Source: Streptomyces caniscabiei
GTDB taxonomy: Bacteria > Actinomycetota > Actinomycetes > Streptomycetales > Streptomycetaceae
Direction of reading: 5' to 3'
Length of the DNA stretch: 24,000 nt
NCBI RefSeq assembly: GCF_014930365.1
Contig: NZ_JABXWI010000013.1
Coordinates: 111,546 to 135,545 of the forward strand
Shown here: piece after piece, positions 16,055 through 24,000 of the stretch
Position numbering within the stretch: the stretch's first letter is position 1
How the letters are laid out: every line of letters begins with the position of its first letter
Translations under genes and position numbers: made by a program
Notes under the pieces: generated by a model
Databases searched by the model: none
What the model was told of the DNA's origin: nothing
Seen by the model: the letters and a program-made list of their open reading frames with translations, nothing else

Positions 16055-16333
16055 ATGGCCTACGAGATTCCGGTGACGCAAGCCAGGGCTGAGCTCGCCG
16101 ATCTGATCAACCGCGTGGTCTACGGCGGCGAGCGCGTCGTCGTGACGCGGCACGGGAAGCCCCTCGTCGCCCTGGTCTCGGCAGCCGACCTGGAGCAGCT
16201 CGAAGCCCTGCAGGAGCCGGCCGACGAGCCGGTGATCAGCGCCGTCTCCCGAGTCCGCGAGCCCGCACCCGCGCCCCGGGAACAACAGCGCTTCGGCATC
16301 GCGGCCGAGCATCGGGGGCCGGGGGCTTCCTAG
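16055..16333 (+). CDS. Phd/YefM-family type II antitoxin (no cognate toxin gene adjacent)
   Basis: MAYEIPVTQARAELADLINRVVYGGERVVVTRHGKPLVALVSAADLEQLEAL is the canonical Phd/YefM N-terminal domain, followed by a Pro/Ala-rich tail. The ATG at 16055 was chosen from within the longer track ORF. Confidence 0.8.
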   Translation: MAYEIPVTQARAELADLINRVVYGGERVVVTRHGKPLVALVSAADLEQLEALQEPADEPVISAVSRVREPAPAPREQQRFGIAAEHRGPGAS

Positions 16334-16443
16334 TCCGTGCGCCGAAAGTGGATCTTGAGCCATGGCCGACCCCGGTTTGAGGGGCGGCGAGATCCCAAGT
16401 ACCGGACGAGCACTGTGGGAGGCGCCGGCGCCGGTGTCGCTCC

Positions 16444-16974
16444 CTACAGTGTGATCCAGTAGCGGCGCTTGACGCCCTCTTCGGTGGTGCGGACGTCCTC
16501 CAGAACGCCGCCATTGCGCTCGATGGTGCGAGCCGATGCCGCGTTGTCGTCGTCGCAGGTGATGAGGACGCGGCCCAGGCCGAGCGCACGGGCTTCGGGG
16601 AGAACCGCGCCGAGAGCCCACGTGGCCAGGCCACGCTTTCGGGCGGAGGGCCGGACGCTGTATCCGATCTGCCCGCCGCTGTGGAGCAGGAAGGCGGTCA
16701 GGCGGTGCCGCAGATCGATGGCTCCCATGTAGCGCTCGCCCTCGACGATCCACCAGTGGGTGGCGTGGACCCGCCCGTCTCTCGGGGCAACCGACCGGTC
16801 CGACTGCTGTCGCAGTCGCTCCACCCACACCGAGAAGACGGCCGGGTCGTCGAGGTCGGCCCCGGGCATGAGGCCCGAACCGGAGCCGGCGTGGTGAGCG
16901 CCCGGAGGCCACTCGTCACGCGCCGCGAGCCATGAGAGCCGAAGTCGATCGGTGGGCGCGATCAGTTCGGGCAT
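16444..16974 (-). CDS. GNAT-family N-acetyltransferase
   Basis: Acetyl-CoA motif RKRGLATWALGAVL, then LGLGRVLITCDDDNAASARTIERNGGVLED ... RRYWITL. The start is ambiguous: ATG 16974 (MPELIAPT) is preferred and ATG 16995 (MSVIVTRM) is possible. Neither has a clear SD. Confidence 0.8.
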   Translation of the reverse strand: MPELIAPTDRLRLSWLAARDEWPPGAHHAGSGSGLMPGADLDDPAVFSVWVERLRQQSDRSVAPRDGRVHATHWWIVEGERYMGAIDLRHRLTAFLLHSGGQIGYSVRPSARKRGLATWALGAVLPEARALGLGRVLITCDDDNAASARTIERNGGVLEDVRTTEEGVKRRYWITL

Positions 16975-17078
16975 GCGGGTGACGATAACACTCATGCACC
17001 ACGGCTGAGCAGGCATTTTCTGCGGGACTGCGGTGCGTGCCGACCTCACGCGGGGCCGGCCGATGAAGTCCGCCGAAA

Positions 17079-17118
17079 GGCCGTGCGCCCCCGTCCGCTA
17101 CAGCGGGGGCGCACGGCC
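17079..17118 (-). terminator. Strong GC hairpin downstream of the membrane-protein gene
   Basis: ggccgtgcgcccccg (17079..17093) pairs with cgggggcgcacggcc (17104..17118), giving a 15-bp perfect stem and a 10-nt loop. It lies 28 nt past the stop at 17146. Confidence 0.55.
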
Positions 17119-17145
17119 GGTCCGGGTGGGCGGTCGCCGGGTGGG

Positions 17146-18219
17146 TCAGTGGGCCGGGGCCGTGGCCGGGGTGCGTTCCGGGGCCGTCGGGCCGGTGGGG
17201 TGGGTGCGGCGCTCGCGCAGGGTGCCCAGGAGGATCGCCGTCAGGCCGAGCGTGGCCCACGCGGTCAGCACCAGGGCCGGGACCAGGGCGCCGGCGCCGT
17301 CGAAGAAGGACACCGACTTCAGGAGCGACGCCCCCGCACCCGGCGGGAGGAGCTGACCGAGGGCGCCGACCGGCTCGGGGAGCATCTGGGGAGCCGAGGA
17401 GGCGCCCGCGAACGGGTTGCCGAGGAAGACGATCAGCAGGGCGCCCAGACCGAGGCCCGCCCTGCCCAGCAGTGAGGCGAGTCCGGCCACGGTGGCGCCG
17501 ACGGCCAGGGTCGCCAGGCTCAGCACACCGGCTTCGGCCCACCAGTGACCGCCGAGCACACCGAGCCAGCTGTCGGCGAGGGTGGCGGCGGCGGTCCCGA
17601 CCAGCACGGCGGCCCCGACCAGCGCGCCCACCGCACGCCCCCGGCGCAGTCCGAGCAGGGTGACCAGGGCTCCGGACGCCGTGCCGGCCAGGGCCAGGGG
17701 CAGCACGCTCGAACCGAAGGCCGAGCCCCGAGGGTCGTTCGCCGGGCTCGCCACCACATCGGTGGTCGCCACCCGGACGCCTTCCTCGGCGGCCTGCTGT
17801 GTCACGGCCTGATGCAGCAACTGGGCGACCATCGGGCTCGCCGCCGAGGCGGTGAGCAGCTTGGGCCCGGCCGGGGTGACGACCACCGCGCCGTATACGG
17901 TCCGCTCCTCGATCGCGTCCCGCGCGGCCGCCTCGTCGGCGTAGCGATGGATCTCGAACGCGCCGTCCCGCTGCTTCAGCTGCTGCTCGACCTGGGTGAC
18001 GGCGGCCGTCGGCCCGGCCACGCCGAGCGGGAGGTCGCGGGGGGCGGTCCGGGCGTTGGGCCAGGCGAAGGCCCACAGGGCGAGTGCCGCGACGAGCGGG
18101 ACCAGGACGATGACCGCGATCATGCGGCGGCCGGGGGGTACGGAGTGGCCCGGGGCCGCCGTGCCGGTGGGTGCGGCGCCGGCTGCGGCGGGGGTGGTGG
18201 CTGCGGCGGGGGCGGACAT
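17146..18219 (-). CDS. Polytopic membrane protein (ABC-2 / YhgE-Pip-like permease family)
   Basis: Start MSAPAAATTPAAAG at 18219, with GAGGAG upstream. One N-terminal TM segment, an extracytoplasmic domain of about 150 aa, then about five C-terminal TM segments. Divergent from a TetR gene. Confidence 0.75.
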   Translation of the reverse strand: MSAPAAATTPAAAGAAPTGTAAPGHSVPPGRRMIAVIVLVPLVAALALWAFAWPNARTAPRDLPLGVAGPTAAVTQVEQQLKQRDGAFEIHRYADEAAARDAIEERTVYGAVVVTPAGPKLLTASAASPMVAQLLHQAVTQQAAEEGVRVATTDVVASPANDPRGSAFGSSVLPLALAGTASGALVTLLGLRRGRAVGALVGAAVLVGTAAATLADSWLGVLGGHWWAEAGVLSLATLAVGATVAGLASLLGRAGLGLGALLIVFLGNPFAGASSAPQMLPEPVGALGQLLPPGAGASLLKSVSFFDGAGALVPALVLTAWATLGLTAILLGTLRERRTHPTGPTAPERTPATAPAH

Positions 18220-18235
18220 GGCTGGCTCCTCAAAA

Positions 18236-18311
18236 AAGAAGGATCGTTCGTTTTTCTTGGTTTCACCCTGCTCCGGGTGTCGCGCCTTGTCAAGAAGGAA
18301 CGTTCGTTTTA
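18236..18311. promoter_or_regulatory. Two 20-nt direct copies of an operator-like site in the tetR / permease divergent promoter
   Basis: aagaaggatcgttcgttttt (18236..18255) and aagaaggaacgttcgtttta (18292..18311) match at 18 of 20 positions. The second copy contains the perfect palindrome GAACGTTC. Both lie inside the 103-bp intergenic region. Confidence 0.45.
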
Positions 18312-18322
18312 CGTTGGACGGC

Positions 18323-18994
18323 ATGCCCCGCGTATCCCAGGAGCGTCTGGACGCTCGCCGCCGCCAGATCCTCGACGCCGCCGCCCGCTGCTTCGCCCGC
18401 AACGGCTTCCACGCCACCTCCATGCAGGACGTCCTGAAGGAGGCCGACCTCTCCGCCGGAGCGGTCTACCGGTACTTCAGCGGCAAGGAGGAGCTGATCG
18501 CCGCGATCGTCGCCACGGTCCTCGGCGAGGTGCGCGAGGCGTTCGAGGAGGCCGCGCGGGAGGGCCCGCCTCCGCCGCCGGACGTCCTGATCGGTGCGGC
18601 CCTGCGCCGGATCCTGCACCGGCAGCCGTCGCTGGGGGAGGCGGGGGAGTCCCTGTACGCGCGGCTGATGGTGCAGGTGTGGGCCGAGACCCTGCGCAAT
18701 CCCGAACTGCACGCCATCCTGGCGGACGGCTTCGCCCAGGTCCGCGCGGCCTGGATCAGGATCGTCGAGGCGTACCAGGACGCCGGCATGATGCGGGCCG
18801 ACATCCCCGCGCTCAGCGTCGCGCGGACCATGGTGGCGCTCGCCCAGGGCTTCGCCGCCCAGTACGCGCTCTTCGGGGACGTGCCGATCCAGGTGGTCGA
18901 GCTGGGGGTCAAGGCGCTGATGAGCATGGGGGACCCGGAGCCCGGGACCGGGCGGGCCGGTCCGGTTAACGTCGCCGAAACGCCGTCCAATTAG
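18323..18994 (+). CDS. TetR/AcrR-family transcriptional regulator
   Basis: Start [59 protein letters not shown] at ATG 18323, a canonical TetR N-terminal HTH. Confidence 0.9.
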   Translation: MPRVSQERLDARRRQILDAAARCFARNGFHATSMQDVLKEADLSAGAVYRYFSGKEELIAAIVATVLGEVREAFEEAAREGPPPPPDVLIGAALRRILHRQPSLGEAGESLYARLMVQVWAETLRNPELHAILADGFAQVRAAWIRIVEAYQDAGMMRADIPALSVARTMVALAQGFAAQYALFGDVPIQVVELGVKALMSMGDPEPGTGRAGPVNVAETPSN

Positions 18995-19004
18995 CCTGCG
19001 GCCA

Positions 19005-19031
19005 CGCCACCAGCGAATTTGCCCGGTGGCG
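19005..19031 (+). terminator. Weak stem-loop between tetR and ureA
   Basis: cgccacc (19005..19011) pairs with ggtggcg (19025..19031), giving a 7-bp stem and a 13-nt loop. There is no U-tract. Confidence 0.25.
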
Positions 19032-19080
19032 AGGCAACCGGATCCCGCACGGTCCGGAGCGAGGATGTGAGGTGGACGCC

Positions 19081-19383
19081 GTGCAACTGACCCCGCACGA
19101 GCAGGAGAGGCTGCTGATCCATGTGGCGGCCGACGTGGCGGAGAAGCGCCGGGCCCGAGGCCTGAAGCTGAACCACCCCGAGGCCGTCGCGCTCATCACC
19201 GCGCATCTCCTCGAAGGCGCGCGGGACGGCCGCACGGTGGCCGAACTCATGGCGTCCGGGCGGCAGTTGCTCACCCGGGACGACGTCATGGAGGGCATCC
19301 CCGAGATGATCCACGACGTCCAGGTCGAGGCGACCTTCCCGGACGGCACCAAGCTCGTCACCGTCCACGACCCGATCGTCTGA
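19081..19383 (+). CDS. ureA: Urease gamma subunit
   Basis: The GTG at 19081 gives (M)[38 protein letters not shown], the canonical UreA N-terminus, with GAGGTGG 5 nt upstream. The track ORF start at 19072 would add three residues. Confidence 0.9.
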   Translation: MQLTPHEQERLLIHVAADVAEKRRARGLKLNHPEAVALITAHLLEGARDGRTVAELMASGRQLLTRDDVMEGIPEMIHDVQVEATFPDGTKLVTVHDPIV

Positions 19384-19393
19384 GGGGGCGGCC

Positions 19394-19697
19394 GTGATTC
19401 CCGGAGAGATCCTCTTCGCCGCCGACCCGATCGTCTACAACGAGGGCCGTGAAGTCACCCGGCTCACCGTCCTCAACGCCGCCGACCGGCCCGTCCAGGT
19501 CGGCTCCCACTACCACTTCGCCGAGGCCAACCCCGGCCTGGAGTTCGACCGCGCCGCCGCGCGCGGCAAGCGGCTGAACGTCGCCGCCGGCACCGCCGTG
19601 CGTTTCGAGCCCGGGATCCCCGTCGACGTCGAACTCGTACCGCTCACCGGCGCCCGTGTCGTGCCCGGACTGCGCGGGGAGACCGGAGGTGCCCTCG

Positions 19698-19705
<8 letters not shown>
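19394..19705 (+). CDS. ureB: Urease beta subunit
   Basis: [53 protein letters not shown] is the canonical UreB sequence. GTG start. Confidence 0.9.
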
Positions 19706-21419
<1,714 letters not shown>

Positions 21420-21433
21420 TGGGCGGGTGCTGA

Positions 21434-22108
21434 ATGGGCAGGGCGACTCTTCTCGTACTGGCCGACGGCCGCTTTCCCGCCGGGGGGCACGCGCACTCCG
21501 GCGGGGCCGAGGCGGCCGTCAAGGCGGGGCTGATCACCGGGGCGGAGGGGCTGGAGGCGTTCTGCCGAGGGCGTCTGCACACCGCCGGGCTGGTGTCGGC
21601 GTCGCTCGCGGCCGCCGCCGCGCTGGGCGCCGACCCGGTCGAGCTGGACGTGGCCGCCGACGCCCGTACGCCGTCGCTCGCACTGCGGGTCGCCTCGCGG
21701 AAGCTGGGGCGGCAGCTGATGCGGGCGGCGCGCGCGACGTGGCCCTCCGGGGAACTGGACGCGGTGGCGCGGCAGTTCCCGAAGGGGGCGCATCAGCCGG
21801 TCGTGCTGGGGGTGGCGGCCCGGGCGGCCGGGCTGGGGGCGGACGACGCCGCCTACTGCTCCGCGTACGAGAGTGTGAGCGGGGCGGCGAGTGCGACGGT
21901 GCGGTTGCTGAGTCTCGATCCGTTCGCGGCGACGGGGGTGTTGGCGCGGCTGGCTCCCGAGATGGACGGGGTGGTGGGGGCGGCGGTCGAGGCGGCGCGG
22001 GGGGTGGGGGACGGTGGGGTGGGATGTCTGCCGGTGGCTGCCGGGCCGTTGTTGGAGATCGGGGCGGAGGTGCATGCGGCTTGGCCTGTGCGGTTGTTCG
22101 CGTCCTGA
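21434..22108 (+). CDS. ureF: Urease accessory protein UreF
   Basis: MGRATLLVLADGRFPAGGHAHSGGAEAAV... is the typical UreF N-terminus (FPxGxxxHSxGLE-like). Position after ureC fits. Confidence 0.85.
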   Translation: MGRATLLVLADGRFPAGGHAHSGGAEAAVKAGLITGAEGLEAFCRGRLHTAGLVSASLAAAAALGADPVELDVAADARTPSLALRVASRKLGRQLMRAARATWPSGELDAVARQFPKGAHQPVVLGVAARAAGLGADDAAYCSAYESVSGAASATVRLLSLDPFAATGVLARLAPEMDGVVGAAVEAARGVGDGGVGCLPVAAGPLLEIGAEVHAAWPVRLFAS

Positions 22109-22196
22109 GCCTGTCTCGCCCCCGCCGCCCCTACCCGTCCCATCCTCAAGGGACTGCGCCCCATTGACCCCCAAGCGTCCGTCCGGTGGGGGCTGG

Positions 22197-22293
22197 TCGC
22201 GCAGTTCCCCGCGCCCCTGAAAAGCAGGGGCTGCGCCCCGTGCTTTTCAGGCCCGCAGGGCCTGGCCCTTCAGGGGCGCGGGGAACTGCGCGA
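22197..22293. repeat. Nested-palindrome (REP/MITE-like) element in the ureF-ureG spacer
   Basis: A perfect 25-bp outer inverted repeat (22197..22221 / 22269..22293, tcgcgcagttccccgcgcccctgaa) encloses two internal hairpins (22220..22247 with one bulge; 22248..22264, caggccc-gca-gggcctg). Imperfect symmetry extends to about 22183..22312. Confidence 0.75.
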
Positions 22294-22349
22294 GAAGCCC
22301 CATCCACCCGCACCCGACCTACCACCCACCCCAACAAGGAGCCGCAGAC

Positions 22350-23033
22350 ATGCATCTGGACCACTCCCACTCCCACGACGGCCCCTCAGCCATCGGCGCC
22401 GACGCGCATCGGGCCGACGGGACGCGGCGCGCACTGCGCGTGGGGCTCGGTGGGCCCGTCGGGTCCGGTAAGACGGCGACCGTCGCCGCGCTGTGCCGGG
22501 CGCTGCGGGAGGAGTTGTCGCTCGCGGTCGTGACCAACGACATCTACACGCGGGAGGACGCCGAGTTCCTGCTGCGGGAGGCCGTGCTGCCGCCGGAGCG
22601 GATCACGGCCGTGGAGACGGGGGCGTGCCCGCACACGGCCATCCGGGACGACATCTCCGCGAACCTGGAGGCCGTGGAGGACCTGGAGGACGAGGTCGGC
22701 CCGCTGGACCTCATCCTCGTGGAGTCCGGTGGCGACAACCTCACCGCCACCTTCTCCAAGGGGCTCGTCGACGCGCAGATCTTCGTCATCGACGTGGCCG
22801 GCGGGGACGACATCCCCCGCAAGGGCGGGCCCGGTGTCACCACCGCCGACCTGCTCGTCGTCAACAAGACGGACCTCGCGCCGTACGTCGGGTCCGACCT
22901 CGCCCGGATGGCCGCGGACGCGAAGGCGCAGCGCGCGCAGCTGCCGGTGGTGTTCCAGTCGTTGCGCGAAGAGGCCGGTGTCGGAGAAGTCGCCGCCTGG
23001 GTGCGGGAGAAGCTCGCGGCGTGGACGGCATGA
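22350..23033 (+). CDS. ureG: Urease accessory GTPase UreG with a His-rich N-terminus
   Basis: [11 protein letters not shown]..., then P-loop GGPVGSGKT, then ESGGDNL and NKTDL (G4). AAGGAG lies upstream of the ATG at 22350. Confidence 0.95.
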   Translation: MHLDHSHSHDGPSAIGADAHRADGTRRALRVGLGGPVGSGKTATVAALCRALREELSLAVVTNDIYTREDAEFLLREAVLPPERITAVETGACPHTAIRDDISANLEAVEDLEDEVGPLDLILVESGGDNLTATFSKGLVDAQIFVIDVAGGDDIPRKGGPGVTTADLLVVNKTDLAPYVGSDLARMAADAKAQRAQLPVVFQSLREEAGVGEVAAWVREKLAAWTA

Positions 23034-23827
23034 CGGCCCTTCGGGGGGCCGCCGCGGAGCGGCACCGGGGAACCACCGGCGTCAGGGCCACCGCACGCAT
23101 CGCGGCCCGCGCCGACGGGCGGGGCGGCACGGCCCTGCCCGTGCTGGAGAGCGACGGGCCGCTGGCGCTGCGGCGTACCCGGGGAAGTGGTGACGCGGCG
23201 CGGGTCATGCTGGTCGGGGCGATGAGCGGGCCGCTCGGCGGGGACCGGTTCGCCGTCGAGGCGGAAATCGGGGCGGAGGCCCGGCTGGACGTGGGGTCGG
23301 CGGCCGCGACGATCGCGTTGCCCGGACAGGCCGGGGGAGAGGCCCGCTACGACGTACGGATCGAGGTGGCCGACGGAGGCGAACTGCGCTGGCTGCCCGA
23401 GCAGTTGATCTCCGCGCAGGGCAGCGATCTGGCGGTGTCGACGCGCGTCGAACTCACCGCCGGGGCCCGGTTGGTGTTCCGCGAGGAGCAGGTGCTCGGC
23501 CGGGTCGGTGAGGAACCGGGGCGGCTGCGGAGTCGGCTCACCGTGCTGCTCGACGGGCGGCCGTTGCTTGATCAGGAGGTGCGGTGCGGGCCCGGCGCGC
23601 CCGGCGGCTGGGACGGTCCGGCGGTGCTGGGCGGACACCGGGCGTTGGGGCAACTCCTCATCGTGCGGCCGGAGTTCGTCGACAAGCTGCCCGAGCCGAG
23701 GGTGCTGGGGGAGACCGCCGCGCTCACCCCGCTCGCCGGCCCCGCCGTACTCGTCAGCGCGCTCGCGCCCGACGCGCTGCGGCTGCGGCGTGTGCTGGAC
23801 CAGGCTCTCGCCGAGCTAGACGGCTGA
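23030..23827 (+). CDS. ureD: Urease accessory protein UreD (UreH)
   Basis: The ATG at 23030 overlaps the ureG stop (ATGA). 265 aa with UreD-like content ([18 protein letters not shown] ... [15 protein letters not shown]...) and the expected position. Confidence 0.8.
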   Translation: MTALRGAAAERHRGTTGVRATARIAARADGRGGTALPVLESDGPLALRRTRGSGDAARVMLVGAMSGPLGGDRFAVEAEIGAEARLDVGSAAATIALPGQAGGEARYDVRIEVADGGELRWLPEQLISAQGSDLAVSTRVELTAGARLVFREEQVLGRVGEEPGRLRSRLTVLLDGRPLLDQEVRCGPGAPGGWDGPAVLGGHRALGQLLIVRPEFVDKLPEPRVLGETAALTPLAGPAVLVSALAPDALRLRRVLDQALAELDG

Positions 23828-23939
23828 GGAGGCGTGAGACCTGAGATCCGCTGAACGGGACTTTCCGTACCGGTTATCGGATTAGTAAAGAACGCGTCGG
23901 GCCCCTGTTCTCAGGTGCCTCACAGGCACGAGGATCCCC

Positions 23940-24000
23940 GTGACCATTCGACACTTCGAATCGATGTACGGGGAGTTCCCTCTTGAGAGGTATGAGGCCG
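23940..24000 (+). CDS. Possible 5' end of an unidentified gene running off the window
   Basis: The GTG at 23940 is preceded by GAGGA 5 nt upstream, after an AT-richer promoter-like stretch. Only about 20 codons are visible (MTIRHFESMYGEFPLERYEA), too few to assess. Confidence 0.25.
   Translation, partial: MTIRHFESMYGEFPLERYEA

Noticed and set aside
16337-16462. 42-codon GTG ORF directly after the Phd/YefM gene, considered as a possible toxin
   Set aside because: It is too short, it overlaps the GNAT 3' end, and its sequence (VRRKWILSHGRPRFEGRRDPKYRTSTVGG...) shows no RelE, ParE, YoeB or Doc features that I can recognise. At most it is a degraded remnant.
15785-18076. Minus-strand ORFs of 375 aa (15785..16912) and 386 aa (16916..18076)
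   Set aside because: They are Arg/Pro/Gly-rich nonsense frames overlapping the Phd antitoxin, GNAT and membrane-protein genes, all of which have real motifs in other frames.

Overview
High-GC, Streptomyces-like actinobacterial chromosome segment. I found no rRNA, tRNA, CRISPR array, transposase or integrase. Three conserved blocks are present: a biotin cluster (bioF divergent from bioB-bioA-bioD), a urease cluster (ureABC-ureF-ureG-ureD, no ureE), and a TetR regulator paired with a membrane permease. Between them lie accessory genes. (1) At the left edge, a lower-GC island carries the 3' part of a TPR-like/WD40 propeller protein and a trypco2-type (CU044_2847-like) small protein, which looks like the tail of an NTP-dependent conflict/defence system. 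A ribbon-helix-helix antitoxin and a Doc-fold protein with a degenerate Fic motif follow it. (2) At the window centre sits a WhiJ/AbaA-type triad: DUF397, an XRE regulator, and a divergent SpoIIAB/RsbW-like ATPase, with an AT-rich palindrome between the divergent genes. (3) An NlpC/P60 hydrolase gene is preceded by a ydaO-type (c-di-AMP) riboswitch that no ORF track would reveal. (4) An orphan clpP paralog is tightly coupled to an uncharacterised 105-aa gene. (5) There is an orphan Phd/YefM antitoxin. Other points are a Cys/His/Gly-rich C-terminal extension on BioB, a roughly 100-130 nt nested-palindrome repeat inside the urease operon with a related copy behind bioD, an ATPase-less LAL-type LuxR regulator, and duplicated operator-like sites in the tetR promoter. 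Many long track ORFs are off-frame shadows of real genes. All family assignments come from motif recognition by eye and were not confirmed by any search.
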